From Paraspadella gotoi (lineage: Eukaryota; Animalia; Chaetognatha): a DNA stretch of 64,000 nucleotides. The notes under the pieces were generated by a model that saw only the letters and a list, made by a program, of their open reading frames with translations, had not been told where the DNA came from and did no database searches. A program made the position numbers and the translations under genes. Every line of letters starts with the position of its first letter. The stretch's first letter is position 1. The stretch lies in NCBI GenBank assembly GCA_051294375.1, contig CM119264.1, positions 30,632,091 through 30,696,090 on the forward strand, written 5' to 3'. This document shows positions 51,234 to 64,000 of this stretch, in pieces.

Positions 51234-52813
51234 TAAAAGTTAGTTTTGTTTTTTTTTAATCCCTCGTAAAGCTTTTCAACGCCACCTAAGATGGCGCTGC
51301 GCACAGTTTAGACAACCGTCGTGCCAAAAAATTCCTTAACGGCAGAAAAGACTATCTGCAATGCAAGAGAATTGCTGCTATAGACTACAAGCGTCGCTGA
51401 AGTTTTGATGCAGCAGAAGCAACTGATTCTGTAAAACCAGATGGAGATCGCAAGACAACCACAAGAGAATTTCGCGCTCCCCGAAGCTTCGGAGGAGCTT
51501 TGCCGCTTCGGCAAAGATTTCTGCTCCAGTGGAGATTATCCTGTTTTGCGAATTCAACTCGTCTACGAATTGAAGGAGCAAAAGATAAATCCTTGAGAGA
51601 CGCAGAAATCCTCAATGANNNNNNNNNNNNNNNNNNNNNNNNNNNNNNNNNNNNNNNNNNNNNNNNNNNNNNNNNNNNNNNNNNNNNNNNNNNNNNNNNN
51701 NNNNNNNNNNNNNNNNNNNNNNNNNNNNNNNNNNNNNNNNNNNNNNNNNNNNNNNNNNNNNNNNNNNNNNNNNNNNNNNNNNNNNNNNNNNNNNNNNNNN
51801 NNNNNNNNNNNNNNNNNNNNNNNNNNNNNNNNNNNNNNNNNNNNNNNNNNNNNNNNNNNNNNNNNNNNNNNNNNNNNNNNNNNNNNNNNNNNNNNNNNNN
51901 NNNNNNNNNNNNNNNNNNNNNNNNNNNNNNNNNNNNNNNNNNNNNNNNNNNNNNNNNNNNNNNNTTCCTTTTTATTTGAAAAGAAACAGGAGTAATTCAG
52001 GGCAAATTTCTTCAACCACAAGGAAAAAAATGTCTAAAAATAGACTTTCATTGATCTCATTTCAAGGAAGGTAGTAAGTAGTAAATTGAGTTATTTACTA
52101 AGAAAGTAGCATAAATTAAAAAAGGAGAGAAAATTTAGTGAGAAAAATAAATTAAAATAAGAAAACAATTATTGAAAAATATTAATGAGAAATTATGAGA
52201 ATAAAATTAAAAAATGAAAAGAAAGAGAAAAAAAGCAACGACGCGACATCTATTACGAAGAAAGATAACAACAACAACAACAACAACAAAAACAACAACA
52301 ACAACAAAAACAACAACAACAACAGACGTCCCTCAACGCCTCATCACCTCCGCTCTTTGCCATCGCGCAGATACAAAGCGTCTCTCTCTCTCTCTCTCTC
52401 TCTCTCNNNNNNNNNNCCTCCCTGCCTCTCTCCCTCCCTCCCTCTCTATCAGCGCTTCTATTACGAGCGATTAAAAGCCCAGGAAAATACCGCGCGAGGC
52501 AGCAAAAAAAAAAGTTTAGTGAAAAAAATATTTTTTTTTACGTTTGTCCTTCGATTCTCTTGAGGTCGCGTTATTGCACGGGGTGTAGAAGGGAGGAAAG
52601 GGGAGATGGGGTAGGGAAGAGGGTCTGAGGGTGCGGGGTAAGGAATAGGGAGGAAAGATGGGGTGTAAAAAGTTATCAAAACGAATAAATATTAAATAAC
52701 TATGTAGCATTCATTTCGGCGAAAAATTTTTGTAAAAAGGTTGCTTTTTAAAATAAAAAAAAGATAAGAAAAGTTAAAGAGAAGAAGAGAAGAAAGAAAT
52801 GTAAAGAAAGGTT

Positions 52814-52857
<44 letters not shown>

Positions 52858-54799
52858 TAAAGAGAGAGATAAAGAGAGAGAGATGGGTGATTTTAGTCCT
52901 AAGGGTGAAAATGACGCAATTACCTCAACTTACCTAAACTCACTTCAACGCCGAAANNNNNNNNNNNNNNNNNNNNNNNNNNNNNNNNNNNNNNNNNNNN
53001 NNNNNNNNNNNNNNNNNNNNNNNNNNNNNNNNNNNNNNNNNNNNNNNNNNNNNNNNNNNNNNNNNNNNNNNNNNNNNNNNNNNNNNNNNNNNNNNNNNNN
53101 NNNNNNNNNNNNNNNNNNNNNNNTCTTTTCTCAACGCTACATCGAAAAAGTTGAGAAAAAAAAGATTTTTTGCTTAATAGTTTTTCTTTACACGCCTAAA
53201 AATGGGCCTTTACTTTCCACAATTATTACATAGGAAATAGTTAAAGTTGAATAGTCTTTGTTGTTACTTAAATCTCTTTACAAAAGTTTTAAAATTTACA
53301 GTCAATTCTCATACACTTAAAATTATGGCGCTATTTTCCGTAATTGCCTTATTTCTGTTCTTTATTCCCATAATCCATAACCCTATTCATATTCTTAATT
53401 ATGGCATAATATGAGCATTGTTTTAATATCAAAATAGCTTCAATTTTCTTTTTTTCCTCAAAGATGTCTCTGAGGGTCGCGTAATTTCCGTCGGGTGACG
53501 GACGTCATCGTCATTCGCGAGACGTCGCGCCCTCTCGCAAGGACTGAGGCTCATTCACTGTCAAAAAAAAAAAAAAAAGAAACTATCATTCTATCGATTA
53601 AGAAATTTTATTTACTGAAAAAAATTATGTTATATCTCTATATTTTTTTTCTGTTCATCAAATCTAGGCTCTTTTTTTTTAAATCGACCCATTTCAATTT
53701 AAATTTAAAATTAAGTTTGGTTTTAGATTTAATAATAATAAAGAAAGTAAGCTTGGTTTATTAGGAGAAATTATAAAAGTTTTATCAACTTTAATTACAC
53801 AATGATAACTAATGTTAATTGATAAAGATTATGCAGATTAAAAAAACAATAAACAAATATAATGAAATATAATTTGATACTGATTTTTTGAAGGTAAGTT
53901 TAAGAGTGATTACGTTCCCTTTCCTGAGGAAAGCCTCTTCTGTGATTAGTGAATCAGTAGAAAAGACGGAGAAGCCAAAAAAAGCAAGGTACTTGATAAT
54001 CCATTCTCTGCAATATTTCTCATCCTCTTATTTTTATGGACGGGTTAGTTTCTTAGCGTCAGTCTCTTTTTTTCCATCCTACCTAACTGAATATTGGCCC
54101 CTTGTCTAGCTCATATGTCTACCTCAGGTAAAAAGTAAGAGCCTGTTGGGCAGTTAAGGTCTACCATGGGTGGTATTGTTTTGTCATCCATAAATTATTA
54201 AGATATATGAAGGAAATAATCTGTTAATGTCTTTGCCAATAAGTTTAGCTTGTTGTATCTGTTTGTTGGGTTTTGGTGGATTGAAAGTATTTGATTATTA
54301 AATAATGAAGAAGTGAATTAAAATTTGAGATAAGCCATAGAATAAATAATTAGATTAGGGGTGAGGGTTTGAGATTAAAAATTAAAGTTAGAGATTAGGT
54401 TTAGTTATTAGGAATTGAGTTAGTGGATTAGAGATTAAGTTAAGACTAAGATAAAGGCTGAAGATTATATTTAATTTTTGGTAAAAGCTAAATGTTACAG
54501 CTAAAAGTAAGTTTAGGGATTAAGAATCGAAATGGGGCGCTCTGGGTAAATTGTGCACGAATCGTAAGATTTTTTTTGTCTTCAACCGATTTTCTCTCTT
54601 TTTCCCATTTTCTCTCGTTTATTGCCTTTTTTTTCTATCCCAGTCTCTCTGTCTCTCTCTCTCTCTGTCTCTCTCTCTCTCTCTCGCTTTCTTTTTTTTC
54701 ACGTTTATTGCCATGTGTCTCGCTCTCTATTCGAGGTTTTTTTCTCTCTGCGCACAGAATATTTTTCGTCGCTCGAATTTCGGTGGTTCGGAGAAAGAA

Positions 54800-55012
54800 G
54801 AGGGGGATAGGGAGAGAGAGAGAGAGAGAGAGGAGAAGAGAGAGGAGAGAGAGAGAGAGAAAGAGAGAACGAGAGAGAGAGAACGAGAGAGAGAGAGAGA
54901 ACGAGTGAACAGTGATCGATGGTAGGAAATGAGAGAGTCGGTGATTTTCACTGTTGAGAAAGTGAACGTTTGGGGGAGAGAGGGAGAGAGAGGGAGAGAG
55001 AGATAGAGAGAG

Positions 55013-55066
<54 letters not shown>

Positions 55067-55840
55067 TCGAGATAAGGGTTAGAGATGATAGAGAAAAATT
55101 AAGAACAAAGAGGGAGATGGAGGAAGGAGTAAGAAAAAAGAAGGAAGAGAAAGAAAAAAAGGAGGAAGGAGAAAGAAAAAAGGAGGAAGAAAAAGAAGAA
55201 AGAAGGAAGGAGAACGAAAAAAGGAGGAAGGAGAAAGAAAAAAGGAGGAAGAAAAAGAAGAAGAGAGGAAGAAGAAAAAAAAAAGGAAGAAGAAGAAAGA
55301 AACAGGAGGAAGGAGAAAGAAAAAAGAAGGAAGGAGAAAGAAAAAAGGAGGAAGAAAAAGTAGAAAGAAGGAAGAAGAACGAAAAAAGGGGGAGGGAGGG
55401 AGGAAGAAAATGAAGGAAGGAGGAAAAAAAGAAAAAGGAGGAAGAAGAAGAAACAGGAGAAGGAGAAAGAAAAAAGGAGGAAGGAGAAAGAAAAAAAGAA
55501 AGGAGAGGAGGAGAAAGAAAATAGGAGGAAGAGAAGAAAAAAGATAAGGAGAAGAATTAAGGAAGAAAGAATAAGGGAGGAGAAAGAAAAAAGGAGAAAG
55601 GTAAATGAAAAAGGATGAAGAAAAAGAAGAAAGTAGGATGGAGAGAGAGAAAAAAGGAGGAAGAAGAAAGAAAAAAAAGGAAAGAGAAAAAAGGAAAGAG
55701 AAAGAAAAAAGGAGGAAGAAAAAAGAAGAAAGGAGGAAGGAGAAAGAAAAAAAGAGGCAGAGAAAAGAAAAGGTAATGTTAAGAATTGCAAAAAAAAGAG
55801 GAAAATTAGGAAAGAAACTCAAGGAGAAAAAAAAAGAATA
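54800..55840. repeat. (GA)n plus a long A/G-only low-complexity tract (GGAGGAAGGAGAAAGAAAAAA-type units)
   Basis: Nearly pure purine strand for ~1 kb. Confidence 0.92.
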
Positions 55841-56474
55841 ATGGGTAGGGATGGGGTTTTCTTAGAATTCCCTCTGAGCTTTATTTAGATTTGGTTTTCC
55901 CTGTATTTCTTTTCAGTTGCCTCTTTTTCTCTTGTCTATCATTTCTTTTCTCTTTCTGTCGAATTTATTTTCTGCTTTTGCGAAAAAAAAAGAAAAAACA
56001 TCACGTGATCGATCACTAAAACTAAAGGGAAAGAAAAGAGAAAATAAAAAAAAGGAAAAAAATGAAGGAAAATAAACGAAAAGAGAAAAAACGGAACAAA
56101 AACAGAAAAGAAAGAAAGAAAAAATAAAGGCACAAAGAAAAGAAAAGAAAAAAAAAGAAAAAAGTAAAAAGAAGGAAAGACTATTTTTTAAATTGTGAAG
56201 AAATTTTTAAAAAATTTAAAAAAAAAAGAAAAAAATTTTCGCCCAAACGAAAATCCGAAAAACTATATTTCCATCGGCATTTTTTTTTTTTTTGAGTTGA
56301 AAGATTTATTTTCTGACAAATTGCCATGAATTTAATACATTTATATTTCTTCCCGCATAATTTGACTAAAAACAAACAAAGAAGCGAAAAACGTAATATT
56401 GTTCTCGTCGTCTTTGTCTCTATTTGAGTCCCTCTTTCGCTTTTTTTGGTTTCCTTCAAACATTCTATTCACGA

Positions 56475-56539
<65 letters not shown>

Positions 56540-56979
56540 ACAAAAAAAAACACAATTTGGGCCAAATGGGTTTGGCAATCGTGACTTTTCATTTCTCTTC
56601 TCTTTCTCTTCTCTTTTGAGGTATGAGTGTTTCATGACGACGACTCATTATTTCGTTTTGCGTCTTAAATCGTTTTTCTTGCTTTCTTTTCTTGAAAGAA
56701 AGAAAAGCCAGTGTCAGCGCAGGGGATGTGAACTGCGAAGTTCACTGAACTGGCAAGAAGAAAATTGAATAAAATATGAATACATTGATATATTGTACAT
56801 ATATCTGTACATACATGTACAGAAACAAAGAAGTCTCTAAAGGAAGACAGAAAAAAGTTTTGCGGAACAAAAGAGCATCTCGCGCATGAGGGAAGCTCAA
56901 TGCGGAAGATGGGCGTTCGATGGCAAGGTCATGAGAGAGAGAGAGAAAGAGAGAGACGAGAGAGAGCAGAGAGAGAGAC

Positions 56980-57015
<36 letters not shown>

Positions 57016-57089
57016 TTTTATCATTTGGAGAATGGGAAAAAAAAGAGTATTGCCGCTCTCGTTGGAGAACGAAAGAGGAGAGAAGAGAG

Positions 57090-57178
<89 letters not shown>

Positions 57179-57807
57179 CAGACGAGAGCAGAGAGAGAGA
57201 GAGAGAGAGAGAGGCACTTTGTATTCCAGGCAAAAACAACGTTGTTTACATTTGTTCTCGCGATTTTGTTCGTCGAAGCAGAAAGGAATTGAGGCAACGA
57301 GATTTTTGCATCTCGACTCACGATTCACGTTGGAAAGTCACGGATTTCGAGCTACGATTGAGCCTAATATATTACAGAGATGCACACGAATATTGTCTTA
57401 CTTAATTCAGGGTTTCATTTCAAAAATGCTTAATCCGAAATCTTCAAATATTCAAATCCACAAATCTACATATTTAAATCTAAAAACGATATAAAAGTTC
57501 AAATTTAAATACAAATTCGATCGTTTTATTTTTGAATTAATTCGCGAACACAGTTTTTTATTATATTTGTTTTGGTCTTTTTAAACTTTTTTTTGTTTGC
57601 TTTTTTTTTTTAGTTGCGCCTAACCCTCTTAGGCAGCCATGGAACGGGTCCTCGGCTCGGAACTTAGCTTGAGGGTTTTCCACGCTCCCAAGGCGTCACG
57701 CTTCCCACAGGGTAGAGGTACCATTGTGGATCGATCCCGGTACCCAATGGTCATGAGCTGATGGTATTTCTCAATGATGAGGGATGTGAACTAAAGACAT
57801 CAGCGCA

Positions 57808-57885
57808 GCGTTGCTTGGCACCGCGGCGTTGCTTGGCACCGCGGCGTTGCTTGGCACCGCGGCGTCCCTCAGCTCCGCGGCGTCG
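57808..57885. repeat. 18-bp tandem repeat (GCGTTGCTTGGCACCGCG) x3 plus a degenerate copy
   Basis: Read directly. Confidence 0.9.
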
Positions 57886-58971
57886 CTCGACAATGGATTT
57901 CCCCGTCAAACTCTTTCATAAGTCATTTTCACGAGACTCTAAAAACGACGCCGCCAACATGAGCGCGTGGCGGCGACAGCGGCGGCGCCGGCGGCGGCGG
58001 AAGTGAGGAAAAAAACGGCGCCTGGCGTAATGGGGGACATCGAGGAGCGAGCGTGGCAAGAGGACGTGGCAAGGGAAGAAAGAAGCGTGGCAAGGTTTAA
58101 GGAGAAGTCGCAAGGGGGCGTGACAAAGGGCGGAGGCGGTGGCGGCGGAGGCGGCGGAGGCGGTGGCGCGCAGGTGGTTTTTCGGGAATGGTTCCAGAGC
58201 TAAATGGGGAAAAAGGACTCGGACGGGAGAGGGGGGAAGAGGAGGAGGAGGAGGAGGAGGAAGAGGAGGATGACGACGACGACGACGACGATGATTGAGC
58301 ACAATTTTATTCTCGGTTTCAAAATCTATGGAGAATTAAGTCACGTGACTCGTAAATTGTAAAATTTGACATCAAACATTAAATGACAATAAACCGATTT
58401 AAATAAGATTGTACGATTAAAGGTAAATAAAATTTCAAAACGATTAAAATTAAAATTAAAATATTAATGAAAGAAAGAAAGAGCAATAAGAAAAAGAGGA
58501 AGAGGAGGAGGAGGAGGAGGAAGAGGAGGAGGAGGAGGATTTCAAAAACAAGTGACAAAGTGTTGACAATAAGAATTAAAATTGAAACGACGACGACGAA
58601 GAAGAAAACGATGACAAACATGACGATGACGACGACGATGATGACGACGACAAAGCAACAGATGCTTTAAGAATTTGGTTACAACGAAGCCAACGATGAC
58701 GACGATAACGACGACAACCATTAGTACATTTCGCTCAATAATAACAACAACAACAACGCTAAGAAAGATTGACAAAAATAAAAAAACAGATTTTATTCGT
58801 TCCGAGTTTTTAAAAAAAAGAAATTTGGCGAAAGTGAAGAGGGCGGAGGAAACCGCCGCCGCCGCAGCCGCCACCGCCGCCGCCCCCGCAGCTTCATTTC
58901 CAATTCCGCCCACGAATCAAAGACCCGAACCGAAAACCGGCGTCAAATGTTTGGCGCCGAGCTTGACCAAC

Positions 58972-58974
<3 letters not shown>

Positions 58975-59058
<84 letters not shown>
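58975..59058. repeat. Perfect (GA)n microsatellite
   Basis: Read directly. Confidence 0.97.
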
Positions 59059-59061
<3 letters not shown>

Positions 59062-59224
59062 AAGACCCTTCAGAGACGCTGAAAACGTTTGGGTGCTGTT
59101 TCGAAACTTCCTTTCGATAATTAAGACGAAGAACCGGAAGTTAAGCCGCGCCTGTCCATCTTAAAATGGGGTCGGGAAGAGGTTGAAGAGTGAAATGGGG
59201 TAAGGAAGGGGGAAGAGGTGAGGT

Positions 59225-59340
59225 GAGGGGCATAAAAGGGAGGGAATGGTGGGGTATAGAAGAGAGGGAGTGGTGGGGTATAGAAGGGAGGGAGTGGTGG
59301 GGTATAGAAGGGAGGGAGTTTTGGGGTATAGAAGGGGTCC
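59225..59340. repeat. 24-bp G-rich tandem repeat (GGGGTATAGAAGGGAGGGAGTGGT) x4-5
   Basis: Read directly. Confidence 0.88.
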
Positions 59341-60130
59341 TTTCTCTTTTTTTGCGCCAATTTTAATGATGAACGAGGTGAGAAGTTTTTTTGCCTGGAA
59401 CCCATTTTCAAACGCCTCACGTTTCAGAGAAAAAGAGAAGAAAAAAGAAGAAAAGAGAAGAGAAAGAAAGGAAAGGAAAAATAAAAGAAAAGAGAAAGAG
59501 AAGAATCGCGAGACAAAAGAAACTCAACTTTTCTCTCTTCGTTTCTTAAAAAAAAATCGTTTTTTCTTTTTTCTTTTTTTCTTTTTTTTTTCTTTCTTTT
59601 TTCCTTTTTTTTGTTCTCATCTCCATCGCGTTACTTTGCAGAAACTTGACGAAGCGACTTTTTAGTTTATCTCTTTGTCTCTTTAATCTTTTTTAATGTT
59701 ATATTCATATGAAAGGCTTTTCTGGAGTTTTTCTATTAGTTCCTGCCTCTCTTAATAGAAGACGGAGTAAAAGTAAAACTGTTTTAAATATTTGAGATCC
59801 GGATAAAATCATTTTAAATCGCTACCTTGAAAGCCTTTTTTTATTCTAATTTATTAACTTGGTGTAATTTTGTTAAAATTTTCTTGTAAAATTGGAATAT
59901 CAAATAAAAAAATTATCCATTTATTCCGTTATTATTGATAGACTAATATTTATTTGTTTTTTATCATAAATTTATATATTAAAAGCCTATTTATCTTTCT
60001 TCAGTTAAGGACAATCACCCTGTAGCGTCTTTCTTTCCGTTTTCCCGATTATTATTTCTCTCTCTGTCTCTCACTCGTTTTTCTCTCTCTCCATTTCTTT
60101 TTACTGTTTCTCAATTTGGGATTTTTTTTT

Positions 60131-60161
<31 letters not shown>

Positions 60162-60282
60162 NNNNNNNNNNNNNNNNNNNNNNNNNTCTCATGATTGTCG
60201 ACACAGACTCAGAAAAAAAAGGGCTTGAGAAACATGGAGAGAACACTTAATGGGGTGTCAGGTTCCTATTTTCTCCTTCATG

Positions 60283-60334
<52 letters not shown>

Positions 60335-60613
60335 TTCTCTCTCTTTCTCTTCTCTCTCTTCTCTCTCTCTCTATTATGCTGCAGAACCCATGTTTTTTTT
60401 TCTTTAAATTTTCCTCTCAATGTGCCTAAGACAAAACTTTAGAAAAAAGTGAAGAGAGAAAAAAAACCTAAAAAGGGAACTAAATTTTTTTCATAAGATG
60501 AAGTTGAGATAAAAACGGATCTAATTTCTTGCTTTCTTCCTCTTGGAAAATTTCCAAACTATTTTCAACTCTATTTTTTTCTTTCCTCTTTTTTTCTCTT
60601 TCTCTCTTACTCT

Positions 60614-60683
<70 letters not shown>

Positions 60684-60849
60684 TTCTCTCTCTCTCTTCA
60701 AGCATCTGTTCACTCAATCTCTTCTCCTCTCACCGCATCTTGTCTCTTTTTCAGCACTCTCTCTCTCTCCCGACTCTTCCTCTATCTGCCTCCTCTCTTC
60801 ACCATCTCCCTCTCCCTCCCTTCTCACTCTCTCTCTTCTTCTCTCCCTA

Positions 60850-60905
<56 letters not shown>

Positions 60906-61763
60906 CTCTCTCTCTCTCTTGATATTGAGAAGACGTTTCTCAAGATCAGAGACGCTTTGAGAAATGGCGGGAAAATCTGCTAGGAATTCTTGTTTCCGGT
61001 TCCATTACGGGAATCACCCACTATCCTCCATTTTGTACAGATTTTATTTTTTTCTTTTGTCCATATCTTATCAGTATTTCTCATTTCTCTCTAATCTTAA
61101 AAAATTAATGATATACATTATATATATTATACATACATAAAAACTATATCATTGTATATATATATATGTATTAGAGAGCAGTTAAAGTTGCACATAAAAA
61201 TTTTATTATTCAAGAAATTATTAAAGTCGTTATAATGTTATTAAATATTTTAGTTCTTATACTTACTACGAACAAAAATGTCCAAATTTAAAAAAAAAAA
61301 TTTCTCTGCTTGATGGCAACCTTTATGAATGTTTATTAAGTTACTAAGTATAATGATAGTTATACATAAAAAAGAAAATCCACGTTTAAACTTCGAAACA
61401 ATATTATTTTTTCATATTTTTGACAATTATATGCTCAATTCGTGAATTGCAAACTTAAAGATAAAATTTTGTATACAATAATCCTTATTAGTACAATGTA
61501 GCTAATCTTGACTCATTGAATTTTACTTCAAGCAAATTTAAAATTTTCATTACGCTTTAATTAATAGCTAAGTAGTACTATCTCATTTTCACTTATTCTG
61601 TCTCCCTCTCTCTCTTTTCCTTGACGCAACAGTTTGGGGCGTCATATTGACCCCTTCCTCCTCTCAGAGGTCAGAGAAGTCAGGCCCATTCCTTGCCCCT
61701 CTCTCTTTCTATATCCCCTTTGAGGAGTCAGAAGTATCACATGAGACCCCTCATCTCTCTCTT

Positions 61764-61819
<56 letters not shown>

Positions 61820-62604
61820 CTCTCTTCTCTCTCTCTGTCTCTCTCTTTCGCCCCTCTCTCTCTCTCTCTCTCCTCTTTCTCTCTCTCTCTCTCTCTCTCT
61901 CCTCTCTCAGGTCAGAAGAGTCACGACAGACCTCTCGCCTTTTCTTCCTTCAGCTTCGTGACGTCATATGCTAATCCTTTCTTTTTTTCTCTCTCTCCCT
62001 CTCTCTTCTCTCTCTCTCTCTCTCTCTCTTCTTCGCGACGTCATATGCTAATCCTTTTTTTTTGGTTTCTTCGTCTGTTCTTTTTTTTGGTCCCTCGATG
62101 ACAGACGGAGCTGGTGTCCAGACAGACGGAGCAAGTATCCTGACAGATTCGAGGGCGTGTCCAGACAGATGAGAGAAAGTATCCTGACAGATGCTGGGCG
62201 TAGCATAGGCAAAGGCACACATATACATAATAACTAAATTTTAAATCACACATAAAGACATAATGACATCAAGACATTAATAAAATGATAACATTTAATG
62301 TCATAATTTCTCAAAGGATTAATAATTATGTGCCAGCTACTAGTAAATATCGTAGAGTTTTCCCACATTTATAACTCATCCCAAAACTTTTCATGTAAAT
62401 GAATTGTATGAAATAGAAGACTTAGTCTTTCAAACCTTATTTGCATTACATTCATTGGAGAGTTTAAAATGAATGGAATATTTTAACTTTCGTGAAGAAC
62501 GAAAATAAAAAAAATAGTTTCTGTTCATATCAAATGTTTTTTGTGTCGAAAATTCTTTTATATTTTTAAACGTGAATTTTTTTTTCTCATTATTTTAAGT
62601 ATTC

Positions 62605-63130
62605 CGCCGAGCAACTCTATAAGTCACTTTTCGGTCGGTCGGTCCGTCGGTCGGTCCGTTGGTCTGTCCCACTTACGTTAAAAATACATATAATTTGCCC
62701 ATAGTTGGTTGCTCATTTGTTAAGACAGAAAAATCCTCAAATCTAAGAGACTGCTAGCGCCACCTTTAGAAATTCTTAAAAACTATAAGGAATAAAAGAC
62801 GGAATGTGATCAAAGGGAAATATATAGGATCAACTGCACGTGGCAACGTTTTAGCGACTGTTCGCCAACAAATACATGTGAAAATAAAGCAACTGCCGGC
62901 GCAACACATTGGAATTACCGTTCTAAGTTTTCTTTTTTTCTTTTTCAATTTTTTTTTCATTTTTCCCAGGCTCTATAATTCACTTTGTCTGCCCGTCCGT
63001 CCGTCCCACCTTAGCAAAAAACACCATTACTCGTTTATTGATGGATGGATTGGAATGAAAATTTTGTGTGTGGGTAGGAAAGTGTGTGATTGAGCACTGA
63101 GCAGGAAATAAAGTTTCGATGGAATCGTCC
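62605..63130 (+). mobile_element. Two fragments of a GTCY-microsatellite interspersed repeat (DINE-1/HINE, non-autonomous Helentron-like)
   Basis: 'ctctataagtcactttt-cggtcggtcggtcc..tgtcccactt' at ~62616 and 'ctctataattcactttgtctgcccgtccgtccgtcccacctt' at ~62971. 'aaattttgtgtgtgggtaggaaagt' at ~63058 is also at ~35218. Family assignment is by analogy only. Confidence 0.45.
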
Positions 63131-63474
63131 AAGTGGAAATGAGTTAAATGGAAAAAAAACAAACAATCTATTTTACTATTTGATTATGCTTTTTATTTGT
63201 ATATTAATAAAATTGATTATTAATAAATAAGTAATAATTAATATTATTTTTGTAATTAATTAATTAATTACTGATCACCTGCTTTACCGCTAGGGATTGT
63301 AGGCAGATCCGACATTGTTTGGTCAAACTTGTTTATATTCAAAAGGTTCGCAGTGCACGACTTCTTCTCCTTCAACTCGTTTGTCTTTAAATCAGAATGA
63401 AAACACAATTTTCTTTCTCTTGACCTTGACATTGGGACTGGATCCATGTTTTCGGTTGAGGAAAAGGTGGGTTA

Positions 63475-63955
63475 TGTCACTTTATTTTCGGAACAAGTAT
63501 TTTTGAGAGCTTTGACTATGGACAGCAGGGCGCCATGTCTTTTCAGAGAGCGACGTTCCATGCCACTTAACTCTGAAGCCATGTCTTCGAAGACAGCGAA
63601 CGTTCCACGCTTGACTTTGCAACCATGTCTTCTCACAGAGCGAGTCGTTATGTTACTTGACTTTTTTTCCATGTCTTTTTAGTCAGCAGGTCGCTATGTC
63701 TTCTTAGCGAGGCCAGGTCACTGGACTTTACAGCCATGTCTACTTGAGAGCAAGTCGCATGTCACTTGACTTTGCAGCCATGTTATCTTAGAGAGGAATT
63801 CGCCATGTCACTTGACTTTTTTTCCGTGTCTTCTCAGAGAGTAAGTCGCCATGTCATTGACTTTGCAACCATGTCACTTGACTTTTTTGCCATGTCTTCT
63901 CAGAGAGCAAGTCGCCATGTCACTTAAACTTTGCAGCCATGTCTTCTTAGAGATC
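63475..63955. repeat. ~46-bp minisatellite (GCCATGTCTTCTCAGAGAGCAAGTCGCCATGTCACTTGACTTTGCA), two GCCATGTC subunits per unit
   Basis: About 10 degenerate copies read directly. Confidence 0.88.
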
Positions 63956-64000
63956 AAATTCAGAGGCGTGAGGTCGACGAATCTTCCTGATCCGAGTTGA

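Noticed and set aside
54492-57494. ER/SL/K-rich ORFs
   Set aside because: Translations of (GA)n and purine tracts.

Overview
Eukaryotic, most likely invertebrate-animal, nuclear scaffold. It is repeat-dominated, microsatellite-rich ((GA)n, (GAC)n, (AAC)n, (TGAA)n, (GGAA)n, (TCTA)n) and CpG-rich. It has many N gaps, eight of them exactly 25 N, and long stretches that look like uncorrected long-read sequence. Best-supported features: (1) a full-length, indel-riddled Ty3/Gypsy LTR retrotransposon of CsRN1 type (9236-15043, minus strand) with ~200-bp LTRs, TSD, PPT, Trp-like PBS, CHCC Gag knuckle and PR-RT-RH-IN order, inserted in one arm of an inverted repeat whose other arm holds the empty site; (2) a non-coding TRIM-like mini-LTR element (~780 bp) seen twice because it lies in a 6.5-kb palindrome; (3) a candidate multi-exon minus-strand gene (~18.8-21.5 kb) with a hydrophobic N-terminus and possible Ig-like domain; (4) at least six inverted-repeat/foldback structures and one base-identical ~1.28-kb direct duplication, several probably artefacts; (5) many minisatellites and short dispersed repeats. 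Almost all ORFs in the supplied track are translations of simple repeats or gaps. No CRISPR, rRNA or intact tRNA was found. All alignments and translations were done by eye.
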